Shown: one piece after another, positions 40,685-53,899 of the stretch
Layout of the letters: each line of letters starts with the position of its first letter
Position numbering within the stretch: the stretch's first letter is position 1
Origin: Paraspadella gotoi
Lineage: Eukaryota > Animalia > Chaetognatha
Length of the DNA: 64,000 bases
Assembly (NCBI GenBank): GCA_051294375.1
Contig: CM119270.1
Coordinates: 412,309-476,308, forward strand
Direction: 5' to 3'
Translations under genes and position numbers: made by a program
Notes under the pieces: model-generated
What the model was told of the DNA's origin: nothing
Databases searched by the model: none
What the model saw: only the letters and a program-made list of their open reading frames with translations

Positions 40685-41195
40685 AATTGAAACTAAAGAC
40701 AAAGTTCTTGATAAGCAGATTTTATTCTACTTATAATTTACCATTGTTATGTAACATTCTTCTAATAGTAACTTTTCTACATAGTGTTAACCTTCTGCCT
40801 TCTCTGTCTCTCTCTCCCTCATCACAAATTTATCTTTTCCCTCACATTCTCTCTCTCTCTCTCTCTCTCTCTACTAACTTAAACCCTTCTAATCACCACC
40901 TTGTCCTGGTCTCATATCTTTGTTGGCCATTTCTTCTTTCTCTATTCTCTTTCTCTCTCTCTCTTCTCTGTCTCTGCTCTCTTCTCTCTCTTACTCTCTT
41001 CTCTCTCTCTCTCTCTCCTCTTCAAAGTTTAATTTTGGAAAACATGAAAATTGTAATTGTCAAAGCACTGATGAAGGCTTGAATGAAAGCGAACTTGTCT
41101 GTAACATAAAATAAAATCGTTTTGCTGTATTCAAGACTTTGTTCTTTAGTTTTCAATTATTCTAAAACACACAACGAAAGAAAGTTTAATCACAA
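40685..41195 (+). mobile_element. ~510-bp hammerhead-containing Penelope-like (pLTR-type) insertion
   Basis: Flanked by GTTGCCAATTTT at 40673-40684 and 41196-41207. A single copy of this 12-mer (empty site) is at 38784-38795. Hammerhead motif at 41064-41103. Confidence 0.7.
41064..41103 (+). ncRNA. Type-I hammerhead ribozyme motif
   Basis: AGCA CTGATGA aggctt gaatg aaagc GAA(A)C tt GTC TGTA. One core A is missing in this noisy copy but present in the 6446 copy. Confidence 0.55.
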
Positions 41196-41728
41196 GTTGC
41201 CAATTTTTGTAAATATTTGTTTAAGCTTATATTAGTCTTCGTATGCTTAGTTATTCGTTCGCAGACACATCAGTGTTTCAACTTTTATTTTGTCGTTATT
41301 CAAATTGTCGAGTTATCGTGGCTACGAAGACGACGACGACAACGACGACGACCAATACGACGTATCAGTTAGACGCTTTGCGGCTTCTTTGACAAAATAT
41401 CGATCGAAAATCTCTATATGGATTCGCTTTTGGACTCTTCATCTCTCTTCTTCGTGTCTCTGTCTCTCTCTCTCTCTCTTCTCTTCTCTCTCTCTCTCTT
41501 TCTCTCTCTCTTCTCTCGCTCTCTCTCTCTCTCTGATCTTCTCGGGATTCTTAAATCTGAGGGCGAATTCAACGGGAGACGATCGATGGAACTAATAAAG
41601 GCTTAGCCCATTGATTGGCAGAATGACGTTTGCTGTCGCTTGAGGAAAAATTAATCGGTTTTGCTGGTAATGAGAGAGGAGAGAAGAGAGAGAGATGGAG
41701 AGAGGGGAGAGAGGGGATAGAAGAGATG

Positions 41729-41768
<40 letters not shown>

Positions 41769-42044
41769 AAATAGTAATCCTCCCTCCAATAGGCGTCATC
41801 GATTTTCGCCTCCCACTCAATGTAAGAATTAAATCAATGTGTTAATGATTCCCTAATAATTTCTTAATATAAATCTTTTCTTTTTTTTCTTTAGGGAAAG
41901 AGGCAAGAGACCTAAAGGATAGTTACATCCATCTATCTTTCTATCTTTTAATACGTCTTTCTTGCGATCCTATTGGGCAATCTATTATCATCTTTATAAT
42001 CAATTGGCTGGCAATTGGGCAAACCTTTTTTTTACCTCAATGAT

Positions 42045-42465
42045 CACTCAACAGAATGATATTTTTAATTGATCAATCACATATNNNNNNNNNNNNNNNN
42101 NNNNNNNNNNNNNNNNNNNNNNNNNNNNNNNNNNNNNNNNNNNNNNNNNNNNNNNNNNNNNNNNNNNNNNNNNNNNNNNNNNNNNNNNNNNNNNNNNNNN
42201 NNNNNNNNNNNNNNNNNNNNNNNNNNNNNNNNNNNNNNNNNNNNNCCAATCAAGAATGATATTTTTAATTGACAAATTAGAATTTATTTTTTTTCAAAAC
42301 AAATGATATTTTTAATTGACCAATCACAGATCTATGTTCTTTTTATTGACCAATCAGGAATGATATTTTGGATAGACCAATCAGGAATGATATATTTTTT
42401 GACCAATCACAGATGTTATTTTTGATTGGTCAATTAAGGATGCTTTTGGACTGACCAATCCTGGA
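42045..42465. repeat. Degenerate ~28-bp tandem repeat built on GACCAATCA...ATGATATTTTT (copy at 44855-45465)
   Basis: Repeated ccaatca/atgatattttt units. Confidence 0.7.
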
Positions 42466-42696
42466 TCACCTTTTCGCAAATCGATAAAGCGATGGATACC
42501 AAGCGAATTGCAAAATGCTGAGGCAAAAACTGGTTCACTTCTCTGACAATCAACTTTTGGTAAATTGGCAATCATATCTTTTGAATATTATTAAAAATTA
42601 ATCTAAAAATTATAGTAAATAATTATCGAAGCCGTAAACCTTANNNNNNNNNNNNNNNNNNNNNNNNNAGAGAGAGAGAGAGATGAGCAGAGAGAG

Positions 42697-42730
<34 letters not shown>

Positions 42731-43330
42731 CGAGAGAGAGAGATGAGAAAACAAACTCCTCTGGTGGTCAAACAGGCGTGTAACCTGACCCCAAAAACTT
42801 TGTTTTCTTGTCGCCATTGAGTCGCGGTCCCACTCAAAATTGGTCAGTTTTCGTTTTTACCGACAAATAGAAACGTAATTTATCCTTAAGACCTGTACCA
42901 GTCCTACCTCAAGAATTTGCGCTGAGATCTACTGAAAGAACTTAATGTATCTCAATGTTGACATGTCATTCACTGTCATTACTTGTACTGAAACTTTTGA
43001 CGAACATGTCTTATTTTGTAAGATGACGGGGAGGCCTTAAACAGTCAAACGCCTGTTTAAAGTCGATGCCTAGATAGCCTTATGTTATTCAATGATGCCA
43101 TTCATTCTTTTGTCTAATTTCATGAAAGAAAAATCATTGAAAATGTAGCAGCTTCATTGGAATGAACGAACGCACGAACAAAACAACAATAACCAACAAA
43201 TATTTAACAATTTATCAAATTGATACTTTCAATCTATTGGATCTATTATTATGAAGCAGAATCTATTCAATCTATTCAATCAACTAAATCAATCATTTCG
43301 TCATCTACAATTTTTCGCTTTGCCAATTTT

Positions 43331-43647
43331 AATTGGAAACAAAGGACAAAGTCCTTGAGTTATTACAGCAACGATTTATTCTACTTTATTAAATTTACCA
43401 TTGTTGTACATTTTCTAATGTATAACTTTTCTTACCAAATGTTAAACCTCTGCTTCTCTGTCTCTCTCTCCCTCTACTCACAAATTTAATTGTCTTTTCC
43501 CTCACATTCTCTCTCTCTCTCTTCTCTCTCTACTAACTTTAACCTGGTCCTCACACTTCACCTCTCGTTCCTGTCTATATCTTTGCTTTGCCATTTCTTT
43601 CTTTCTTATTCTCGTTCTCTCTCTCTCTCTCTCTCTCTCGTCTCTCT

Positions 43648-43680
<33 letters not shown>

Positions 43681-43874
43681 TCTGGGCTCTCTCCTTCCAA
43701 CTTAATTTGGGGAAAACAGGTTGAAAGATTGTGAATTGGTCGAAGCACTGGATGAACATGAAGGCTGTGAATGAAACCGAACTTGTCTGCTACAATCAAA
43801 ATAAATCGTTTGCGTATCAACGACTTTGTCTTGTTTCAATTATCTAAAACAAACGAAAGAAGTTCTATATCACA
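43331..43874 (+). mobile_element. Second copy of the hammerhead-containing insertion (copy C)
   Basis: Same flanking TTGCCAATTTT repeats. Noisy motif agca-ctg(g)atga...aaaccgaacttgtc-tgct at 43744-43791. Confidence 0.65.
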
Positions 43875-44184
43875 GTTTGCCCAATTTTGTAAATATTTGT
43901 TCAACTTTATCGATTAGCTTCGTGAAAGGCCTTAATTATCGTTCGCCAGACACATCAGCTGTGTTCAACTTTTATTTTTTGTCGTATCAAAATGGTTAAT
44001 CGTTGGCCACGAAGACGACCGACCGACAATCGACGACGACCAATCAACGACGACCGACGATGAGACCCAGTTAGACGCTTTGTCGGCTTCTTCTGACAAA
44101 AATATACGATCGAAATCCTATATTGGATGCGCCTTTTGACTTCTCTCCTCTCTCTTTCAATACTGTCAGCGTGCCCGGCTCATG

Positions 44185-44287
<103 letters not shown>

Positions 44288-45083
44288 GATCTTCTCGGAT
44301 TTTCGCCTCCGTCGAACAACTCGAGGTGCGAATCTCCACACGGGAGACGATCTGCGATGGCAATCGAGCATAGATGGCAAAAAAATGGCTAGCCATTGGA
44401 TGGCAGAATGACGTTTTGCTGCTCGCTGAGGAAAAAAATCGTTTTGCTCGGGGATGAGAGAGAGAGAAAGAGAGAGAGAGCAGAGAGAGAGTCGGAGAGA
44501 GAGAGAGAGAGCTAGAGAGAGACCGAGAGAGAGAGAGAGAGGGAGTTTAAATAGTATATCCTCCCTCCAATAGGCGTTCATCGTATTTTCGCCCTCCCAA
44601 CTCATTGTAAGAATTAATAATCAATGTGTTATTGATTCCCTAATTATTTCTTAATATTATATTTTTTCTTTTTCTTCTTTAGGGAAAAGTGCAACGAGAT
44701 TTAAAGGATAGTCAAACTCCATCTATTCTTTCTGTTCTCTTTTAATACCGTCTTCTCTTGCGATTTCCTATTGCAGGCTAAATCTCAGTTATCATCTTTC
44801 TAATCAATTGCGCTGCGCAATTGGGCAAACCTTTTTTTTACCACAATGAGACACTCAACACAATGATATTTTTAATTGCATCAGATCACATATATTTTAA
44901 TGACCAATTCTCATATGTTCTTTTTGATCTGCCAATGCAGACAATTGAGATTCTTAAATGACAATCAAGAATTGATTATTTAAGTTGACAAATAGGAATT
45001 TTTTTTTTAAAAAATGATATTTTATATGACCAATCACAGATCTAGCTCTTTTTATGCGCCCAACAGGATGATTATTCTTTGAT

Positions 45084-45373
45084 TGTGGACTTAAGGCGCT
45101 ACAGTGGGCATGACATGACTATCCGTTACTTCTATCAACCCCCTTTGGAGCTGGGGTCCTGGGCTATGGAACCAGGCTTGAGGGGGTTGCCACGCCCCCA
45201 AGCGCGGCTTTACGGCCCCTCACCCTCCCACAGGGTAGTACCGGGTTGGGATTGAAACCCGGCTACCCTTAATGGTCATAAGCTGATGGCTTACCTCAAT
45301 GAAGCCACCCGGGGTCAGGAGCTGAAGGGTCATGCTTATAGGCGCGGATGAACCTAGCAATGGCCCGACTACA
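45084..45373 (-). mobile_element. tRNA-containing solo LTR, present in copy C and absent in copy B
   Basis: TGTGG...CCCGACTACA flanked by gat/gatt. Empty site near 42371 (tttggatagaccaatcagg). Confidence 0.9.
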
Positions 45374-45657
45374 GATTGACCAATCAGGAATTATCTATAT
45401 TATGCACCAATCACCAGATGTTCTTTTTTGAATGGTCAATCAAGTATTCGCTGTTTGGACCTGACCATCCTGGATCACCTTTCGCAAATCGATAAAGCGA
45501 TGGATTTCAATGCGAATTGCAGAATGCTGAGGCAAAAACTGGTTCACTTCTCTGACAATCAACTTTTGGTAAATTGGCAATCATATCTTTTGAATATTAT
45601 TAAAAATTAATCTAAAGAATTATATTAAAATAATTAATCGAAGCCGTAAACCTTAAA

Positions 45658-45725
<68 letters not shown>

Positions 45726-45821
45726 CTGCCTGACAATTTGCGCCCTCATCTTCAACTTTTCGCGTAGGCGGTTTTTATCCAAATTAATAGCGTCGGAATT
45801 CTAGAATTTGATCGTCTCTCA

Positions 45822-45902
<81 letters not shown>

Positions 45903-47056
45903 ATTTTTATTGTGGTTTTCTAGCGAGACCAATCTCGCGCGGTCCACTGCCGATGTGGCGGGTTTTTCCCCTCCGGGAAAGGATGTAACCGCTTTTAACG
46001 ACGTAACTCGTTTTTACGAGGGATGTAACTCGTTTTAACGAGCGACGTAACTTAGTCTTCGCTGGCAACGGAGGACGAGAGGAGGGAGTTAAATCTGGGG
46101 TCGAACAAAGAAGGTGGGAAAAGAAAAAGAGGAAAGGGAGGAAAGGAAAGAAGAGAGAAAAGAAAGAAAGGAGGAAAGGGAGGAAAGAAAAGGGAAAAAA
46201 TTAAGGAAATGGAGGAAAGGAAAAGGAAAGAAAATAAAGAAAAGGAGGAAAGGAAAGAAGAAAGAAAAGAAAGGATGGGAGAAAAGAAAAGGGAAAGAAG
46301 AAAGAAAAAGAGGAAAAGATGTAAGAAGAAAAAGGAAATTAGAAGAAAGAATTCAAAGAGAAAATAAATCGTTTTAATTCTATTGTAATTATTTCAAAAA
46401 CTTGACGTGAAATTTATTGTAACATAAAAATATTTATCTTTATTTTTACTAAAAATAAAGATTTTAGGCCACAAAAACTCATGTCGTTGGCCCCATTGTC
46501 GGAGTGCTATTGGCAACATAAACGGTTCATATTGGCCACAAAAAATGTATGTGGCCACAAAACCGTAGACGATTGGCAACACAAAAATAACTTTGGTCCG
46601 ATCGGTCCGTGTCGGTCGGTCGGTCTCTCTGTACGTCGCCCCTGACTCTGAGCTTTCACTCTCGACCACGAGAGGCGCTTAACTTCTGCCACATTTATTT
46701 TATCTCGTCAGTTTTTTGTATTTGTTATTTATAATTATCAATTTATTTTTGTATCGTTTTCGTATTTTTTTGCAACGAACAGACAAAATTTTGTTCTAAA
46801 TGCAGCAATAATTGAATTCATTAATTTTTTGTACTAAGATACAACCTTATTTTGTCCTTTTCCATCTTTAAGTTTCACTAAATTTTGGATGTATTTTTAA
46901 AATCAGGAGTCTTTCATACGAATACACTTTACAAGAACATTAAACCTGTTTTTTTTAAAGAAAATAAAATTATTAATATTAATAAAATAGAATGTGTGTT
47001 ATAAAGATATATTTTCATCATGGAGAAAAGTGCATTTAACAAACGAATTTTTTTTT

Positions 47057-47096
47057 CCAAATATTTCGACTTATGTTGCTAAGTCATCATCAGTGG
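47057..47096 (-). ncRNA. Minimal type-I hammerhead ribozyme (Penelope-type)
   Basis: Minus strand reads CCA CTGATGA T GACTTA gcaaca TAAGTC GAAA TA TT TGG: intact core, perfect 6-bp stem II, palindromic loopless stem III (ATAT), and stem I CCA/TGG. Confidence 0.7.
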
Positions 47097-47246
47097 CAGA
47101 AAGTGAAAAAACGAGAAAAATGATTTGTTTAAAAGAGTATAGAGAGAAAGGGAAAAGATGAAAATATATCTTTATATTAAATTATTAGTGCTTGCGATGA
47201 CGTTAAAAGAATGTGTGTTATTATTGAGTGAAAACTTGTACGTTAC

Positions 47247-47681
47247 TTCTACGCCTCGAGTACTGGTGGAGCAACTCTATGAGTCACTTTTCGGTCGGTC
47301 TGTCGGTCGGTCGGTATGTCTGTCCATCGGTCTGTCCCTCATAACTCTCTTATAGTTGGTTACAAAATTTGTTAAGACAGGAAAAAACCTCAAATCTAAG
47401 TGACTGCTAGCGCCGCCTTCAGGAAATCTTAAAACTAAAAAATTAAAGACGGAATTCCAATGCAGTACGATGCACCACGCAAAACTAGGGTCTCGTTATT
47501 ATTAAGTTTATATATTTCTTGAAATGTCTGGTTGCTTGCAATAAAACTTTGCAAAGTATTGATCAACCATAAGATATTTGTTAAACATAAATATTCTAGT
47601 CACGAAGTCATATGATCACAGAGAAATACTTGTGAAAAGAAAGTCACTGCGGCGCAACGCATTGGTTGGACCCTTCTTGTT
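47247..47681 (+). mobile_element. Helentron/HINE-like dispersed repeat (second copy ~53215-53595)
   Basis: gcaactctatgagtcacttttcggtcggtc...(GTCG/GTCT)n...ctagcgccgccttcag...aaagtcactgcgg...cttgtt. Colinear copy at 53.2-53.6 kb. Confidence 0.6.
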
Positions 47682-47777
47682 TAACTAAATATTTGATGGT
47701 AAATGTGAAACGTGATTAAAGAATAAATTTTTCCGGTTGTGAAAATTCCGTCGAGTCTCTCTTCACCTCCTCCTAAC

Positions 47778-47811
<34 letters not shown>

Positions 47812-48399
47812 CTCTTTCTCCTCATTCTTCCCTTCGTCGACCAAACGACATCAGGAAATCCGCGCAGCAGGAAGATCGAACGGAAACAAAAGGCTTCTTC
47901 TTTCCAGCAGCAGCCGACGCCGCAGGATCGAGCAGCGAGACAGCTGCAGGATCGAGCGGCAGCACGACGCTGCAGGGACGGCAGCCGTCGAATTTTTCAG
48001 CAGCGGTCGGCATCAAGAAAACATCTGCCGATGCAATTCAATATTTGGGAGTCTGGAAGATGGAACCGCCTCGCTAGAAAAGAGAGGGCTTATTTTAATT
48101 TTTATGAAAATTTGTCAGGAAATAAATTAGACTGTTATATTGGTAGGTTTAAAAAATGACCTAAACTGACAATTTAAAAAAAAATAATCTGCTCTATTAA
48201 AAATTAAACAATACCCTTTTTAAAACATTTCACTTAGATATTATTATTATATTATATATTATATATATATATTAAATATATAAATTCTTCGAAATTCTTC
48301 GACATGGTCCAGGTCTTAAAATAATTACTATAAATATGCAACTTCAATCTTTATTTGTTACAGAAAGTTGGAATAAGCAAGACGGGATGGGCTTATCAG

Positions 48400-48438
48400 T
48401 GTGGATAAGGCTCTAACTAGGCTGAAGACTATTATGAA

Positions 48439-48498
<60 letters not shown>

Positions 48499-48750
48499 TA
48501 TCCATAAACTCTGTGGCCCTTCAGTAGCCATAGAACGGGTCTTGGGCTTGGAACCAGGTTTGAGGATTTTCCACGTCCCCAAGGCAGCTGACGGGGGTCC
48601 TCACGCTTCCCGCAGAATAAATACTGGGTTGGGATTGATCCACAGTACCTAAATGGTCATGCGCTGAAGGCTTTATTCAATGAGACACCGGGTCATAACA
48701 GTAGATGTCACGCTTATAGGCGGTGTGAACTTAGGCAATGCCCGACTATA
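48400..48750 (-). mobile_element. tRNA-containing solo LTR with an internal (AAT)n expansion
   Basis: TGTGGATAAGG...gcaatgcccgactata. (AAT)~20 at 48438-48498. No TSD recognisable. Confidence 0.9.
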
Positions 48751-49082
48751 GGGTTCAAAATTATGGATAAGAGTTCACGGTTATGGTTAAGAATGAGGTT
48801 AAAATTAAATAAACGAACAGAAATGGGACAGTCTCGGAAAAGAAAGCCTCACTCCTGGTTTTGACGCCCCTTCCCATCTAGAGGCCCCGGTTAAGCCACC
48901 CTCTTCTTGGTCTTGGTATTCACGCCTCCCTCGGAGGCCCCGGTGAGGCCGTCCTCAGGCCTTCACCCTTCACTCAACCCAGAACTTCACCTCTTCACAG
49001 TTTGTTCGTCGCTGAGACAAACGACGATGTTGATCAGATTAATATTTACTTTCACTCGACGATTCACAAACATCGCAATGTG

Positions 49083-49133
<51 letters not shown>

Positions 49134-49563
49134 ACATCTCTCTCCTCTCTCTCTCTACCAATCTCATTCGTTGTTTTAATTAGGTCGATGTTACACCGAG
49201 GAGCTGATAAAAAAAATAGCAAAAACTGGGAATAAATAAGAAAGAAAAAAGGTTTTTTTTAAATAAAACCTATAATTTTTTAGTTAAAAAAACTGAGACC
49301 GACTATAAAAAGAGTCGAAAAAACTTTAAATTGCTTGACAGCTTGACTAGAAACTACATCATTACAATCACGAATTAGCTAAGAAATGTTTCAAGAGCAT
49401 TAAAAAGAATCTTAGATTCTAGACATGAAAACAGCTCGAACAAACATGCAAGCAAGCAGAAAAGTAAGCAACTGGGAATAAATTGGATTTGCTTGCGGCC
49501 AAAGACTCAAAATTGAAATGAGAATTTTCTGCTTCGATATATTTTCCGTCGAAGCAGACGACG

Positions 49564-49597
<34 letters not shown>

Positions 49598-49687
49598 AGA
49601 CGGTGGCTTACATTTTCAATGGTTTTTTATTCTTCTCTCAACAATAGAAAGAGAGGAGAAACAAGAGAAAGAGAGAGAAAGAGAGAG

Positions 49688-49718
<31 letters not shown>

Positions 49719-49721
49719 AGA

Positions 49722-49778
<57 letters not shown>

Positions 49779-49903
49779 TGAGAGAGAGAGAGAACAGCAT
49801 AGAAAATTTCGGCCAATAAACCTCACATTAACTTTTACAATTCTTTCAATTGGCAAATGAAATATTAAAACGATTTTTCAAAGTTGCAGTTGACGCGATC
49901 AGA

Positions 49904-50215
49904 GGAGAACCATTCAAAAGCCATAGAGAACAACTCAAAAGCCATAGAGAACCATTCAAAAGCCATAGAGAACAAATCAAAAGCCATAGAGAACCAATCA
50001 AAAGCCATAGAGAACCAATCAAAAGCCATAGAGAATCAATCAAAAGCCATAGAGAACCAATCAAAAGCCATAGAGAACCAATCAAAAGCCATAGAGAATC
50101 AATCAAAAGCCATAGAGAACTAATCAAAAGCCATAGAGATATAATCAAAAGCCATAGAGAACCAATCAAAAGCCCAATAGAACCAATCAAAAGCCATAGA
50201 GAATCCTTCAAAAGT
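49904..50215. repeat. 21-bp minisatellite, ~15 copies
   Basis: Unit AAAAGCCATAGAGAACCAATC. It is followed by ~3 x 24-bp TTATCACTTGGATTATCACACTCT and by short 21-bp CGCCGTAGATGC repeats at 50440-50520. Confidence 0.95.
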
Positions 50216-50565
50216 ATTAGAGAGAGAGATCCATTCTTCAAGAGAAATTTTCAAGACCGGTGAAAGATGAGAGTATTTATCACTTGGATTATCACACTCT
50301 TTATCACTTGGATTATCACACTCTTTTATCACTTCGATTATCACACTCTTTGTCAATTCTCTCGTCACAAACGTGGAGAGTAAGATGTGATCTTTCGCCG
50401 TGAAAATTGTAACGCGATGAATTGCGAACGAATGTCTCACGTCGTCGTAGATGAGACGAACATCGCCGTAGATGCAACGATTATCGCCGTAGATGCGACG
50501 AACATCGTCTTAGATCGTCGTAAATGTTCGTCGCCGATTTCTACTTCATCAGATATCAAAGAGGC

Positions 50566-50606
<41 letters not shown>

Positions 50607-50736
50607 TTCTCTCTCTCTCTCTTCTTCTCTCTCTCTCTCCTCTCTCGTCTTCTCTCTCTCTCATCGTCCTTCTCAAAACTGACTATACATTGGCGAAGAG
50701 AGACCCTGAACGGTCGCTTCCGTCTCAATTTATTGA

Positions 50737-50769
<33 letters not shown>

Positions 50770-50820
50770 GTCGTCGTCGCGTCGTCGAGCCTAACACCAA
50801 CGGTCAACGGTCGAACGGCC

Positions 50821-50880
<60 letters not shown>

Positions 50881-51150
50881 TCTCTCTCTCTCTCTCTCTT
50901 CTCTCTCTAGTCCAGAGCTCGAAAACCGGTTCCTGCCACGCTTCGAATCGTTCGTGTCATCTTTCATCTTCGTCGTCGTACGTTGTGTTCGTCGTTGTCG
51001 TCGTCATCATCGTCGTCGTCGTCGTCGTCTTGTCACGAACTCCGGGGCGCAAAAGAGTCAAAAACCCTCAGGGCTGAAAACCGTTATAATGGGACCCTTA
51101 TTTTTATGGTCAATGGCTCTCTCTCTCCTCCTCTCTCTCCTCTCTCTCTC

Positions 51151-51198
<48 letters not shown>

Positions 51199-52028
51199 TT
51201 CTCTCTCTTCTCTCCCCAGCAGATTATCCCCCTGGCGACCATATATTCGTATCGCGACTGAATTCGACTTTTTTTTTCTTCAGAAGAAGAAAAGAAACCG
51301 CTTCAACGCTCTGCCCTTATTTGCACCGAACAATCATGAACCAACCATTTTTTTCCTAACAATGACCAATCAAAAACTACAATCACTATCAGCCACAATA
51401 ATAAATCAATCACTTCTCTCTTAGCAAAGTTCAATTATCTACCAATCAGAATCACTTTTATTCTCGCAATGACCAAAAAATACTAGAAACTTTTGTTTTC
51501 GAATCTAATGACCAATCAAAAACTGCATCCACCAATCACCTCCCGAATATCCACCAATCAAAAAAGTAAGATTCCCTTCACATCGACTAATCAATTATTA
51601 TGATTAGTAATCATCAATCAAATACTTTTTCCCTTTTTCTTTTTCGAGGAAGCACTTTTAAAAAAAAAAGTGGAGTTTAAAAAAAGTCTTCAAGAGAAAT
51701 GCATATTTATTATGAAACAGTTTTAGAAATTTAGATTCAAACATTCAGGTCATACATTTTCATGTTTCGTGAGATATATTAAAAAAGACAAAAAATAAAT
51801 ATGATAAAAAAGTGATTTTTACAAATTTGAATCTTTTTCTCGAGAATAGTGTTCTCCAATTTGAAAGAGTTTCTCTCTCTCTGACTCTCTGAAACTGTTT
51901 CTCTCTCTCTCTGTCTCTCTCTCTCTCTGTCTCTCTTTTTTAATAACGACTTTTAAATCAACGTCGACTCAATTGTTTCTCTCTGTTGGCCCGAGAGTCT
52001 TAACCCTATTGCTTGCCCCCCTACTGTC

Positions 52029-52142
<114 letters not shown>

Positions 52143-52679
52143 CGTTAACTCCACCCCTTTCCCGACTCTTTCCCTTTTCGATTCTAATTTGATTTTGCTT
52201 CCACAGCTTTTTCCGCGAGGAGGAAAGAAAAGAAGAAAAGAAGGAAAAAGGAAAGAAGAAGAAAGGAAGGAAAAAGGAAAGAAAAGAAGAAAAAAAGGAA
52301 AAAGGAAATAAAAGACGAAAGGAAGGAAAAATGAAACAAAAGAGAAGAAAAGAAAAAGAATAAAAAAAAGAGAGATAAAAGAGATGAAAAAATTTTAAAT
52401 TACTACAACATGCATATGAGATTGAAAAAAATTTTGAAAGGTAACACCTAGAAAATAAAAAAAGGTTAACAGTACGTTTTAGAAATAGTAAGTTTTAAAA
52501 TATAGTTAAATTACTAGAAAACTATCAATCTCTAAATAGAACATTAATGATACAAAAAATTACAATTAGTAAAGATCAATACTTAACAATTACAAAAACT
52601 TATTTACTTCTACTACTACAGCAAAATCACTTTATATTTCCAGAAAAAACATCTCCATTCTCTATTAAAGTGTTTAAGT

Positions 52680-52725
<46 letters not shown>

Positions 52726-52945
52726 GACAGAGAGAGAGAGAGAGCGAAATTCGACTAGCTCCCCGTCGCGCGGTTGAAAAGACTCTTAATTTTCCGCTTA
52801 GAAAGGAAAAGGTGCTCGAGACGCTCGCCGTGATAGCGTCGATAGCTATCGATAGCTCGATAGTGGCCGTAGCGTTAAAAGTAGCAATTAAAAATGGCCA
52901 CGATTGTGAACGTTGCAGCTTGAAACTCATAACATCGGGAATACT

Positions 52946-53188
52946 TGTTGACGGTGCCATTCAATGGCAGGAATAGTAAGCAGGCGAGGCTCTGCCGTGT
53001 CAGACATTATCAGGCGCTCGCTGAGATAAGCGATATAAAGATAACAGAACAAAGAGATACAAGAAAAGTTTATAGTGGATGCACTGGAACATTCTTGCTT
53101 AGTTGTAGATCACATCAACATATTATTCTAACCTTATTTTCATATAATGTTAAAACAAATCATCTTTCGTTCATTATTACTTGTTACA
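52946..53188 (+). mobile_element. Possible unrelated solo LTR (~243 bp)
   Basis: TGTTGAC...TTGTTACA, flanked by act(t)/actt, with an internal TATAAAG. Single copy in the window. Confidence 0.3.
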
Positions 53189-53687
53189 ACTTTTATTTCA
53201 ATGTACATACTATTAATGACTGATCTGAGCCGTGCCTGACACGGTAAGTGTCTCTTTATAAGTCACTTTTCGGTCGATCTGTCGGTCTGTCCGCCGGTCC
53301 GTCCGAATGTCTGTCTGTCGGTCTGTGGCACTTCCGTTAAAAATTCATATTATTTGCCTATAGTTAGCTGCTCATTTGTTAAGATAGAAAAAAACCTAAA
53401 ATCTAAAGGGACTGGTAGCGCCGCCTTCAGAAATTCCTAAAAATATAAGGAATAAAAGACGGAATTTTTAAGCGGTGGAACTTGCAAGTCACAGGCAAAG
53501 AAAGATTTTTAGTCTTGTCATGTCATGTCCTGTGATATCATGTGATCGAAAGGAAATGGACGTGAAAATAAAGTCACTGCGGTCAAACAAATTGTTTTTT
53601 CTCTCTTTCCTCTTTTCTCTTTTTTACCTTCATTTCCTTTACGCTTTTCATCTCTCCCCTTCTACTCCCACTACTCTATTTTCTATC

Positions 53688-53722
<35 letters not shown>

Positions 53723-53899
53723 GCTCTCTCTTTCTCTCGCTCTCTCTCTTAATTACCTTCATTCCCAACACCTATTTCCACTTTTTTTTCCCNNNNNNNN
53801 NNNNNNNNNNNNNNNNNNNNNNNNNNNNNNNNNNNNNNNNNNNNNNNNNNNNNNNNNNNNNNNNNNNNNNNNNNNNNNNNNNNNNNNNNNNNNNCCCCC

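Noticed and set aside
50515-50556. Minus-strand CTGATGA..GAAC hammerhead candidate (also 10982)
   Set aside because: Stem II and stem I pairing is poor and GAAA is incomplete.
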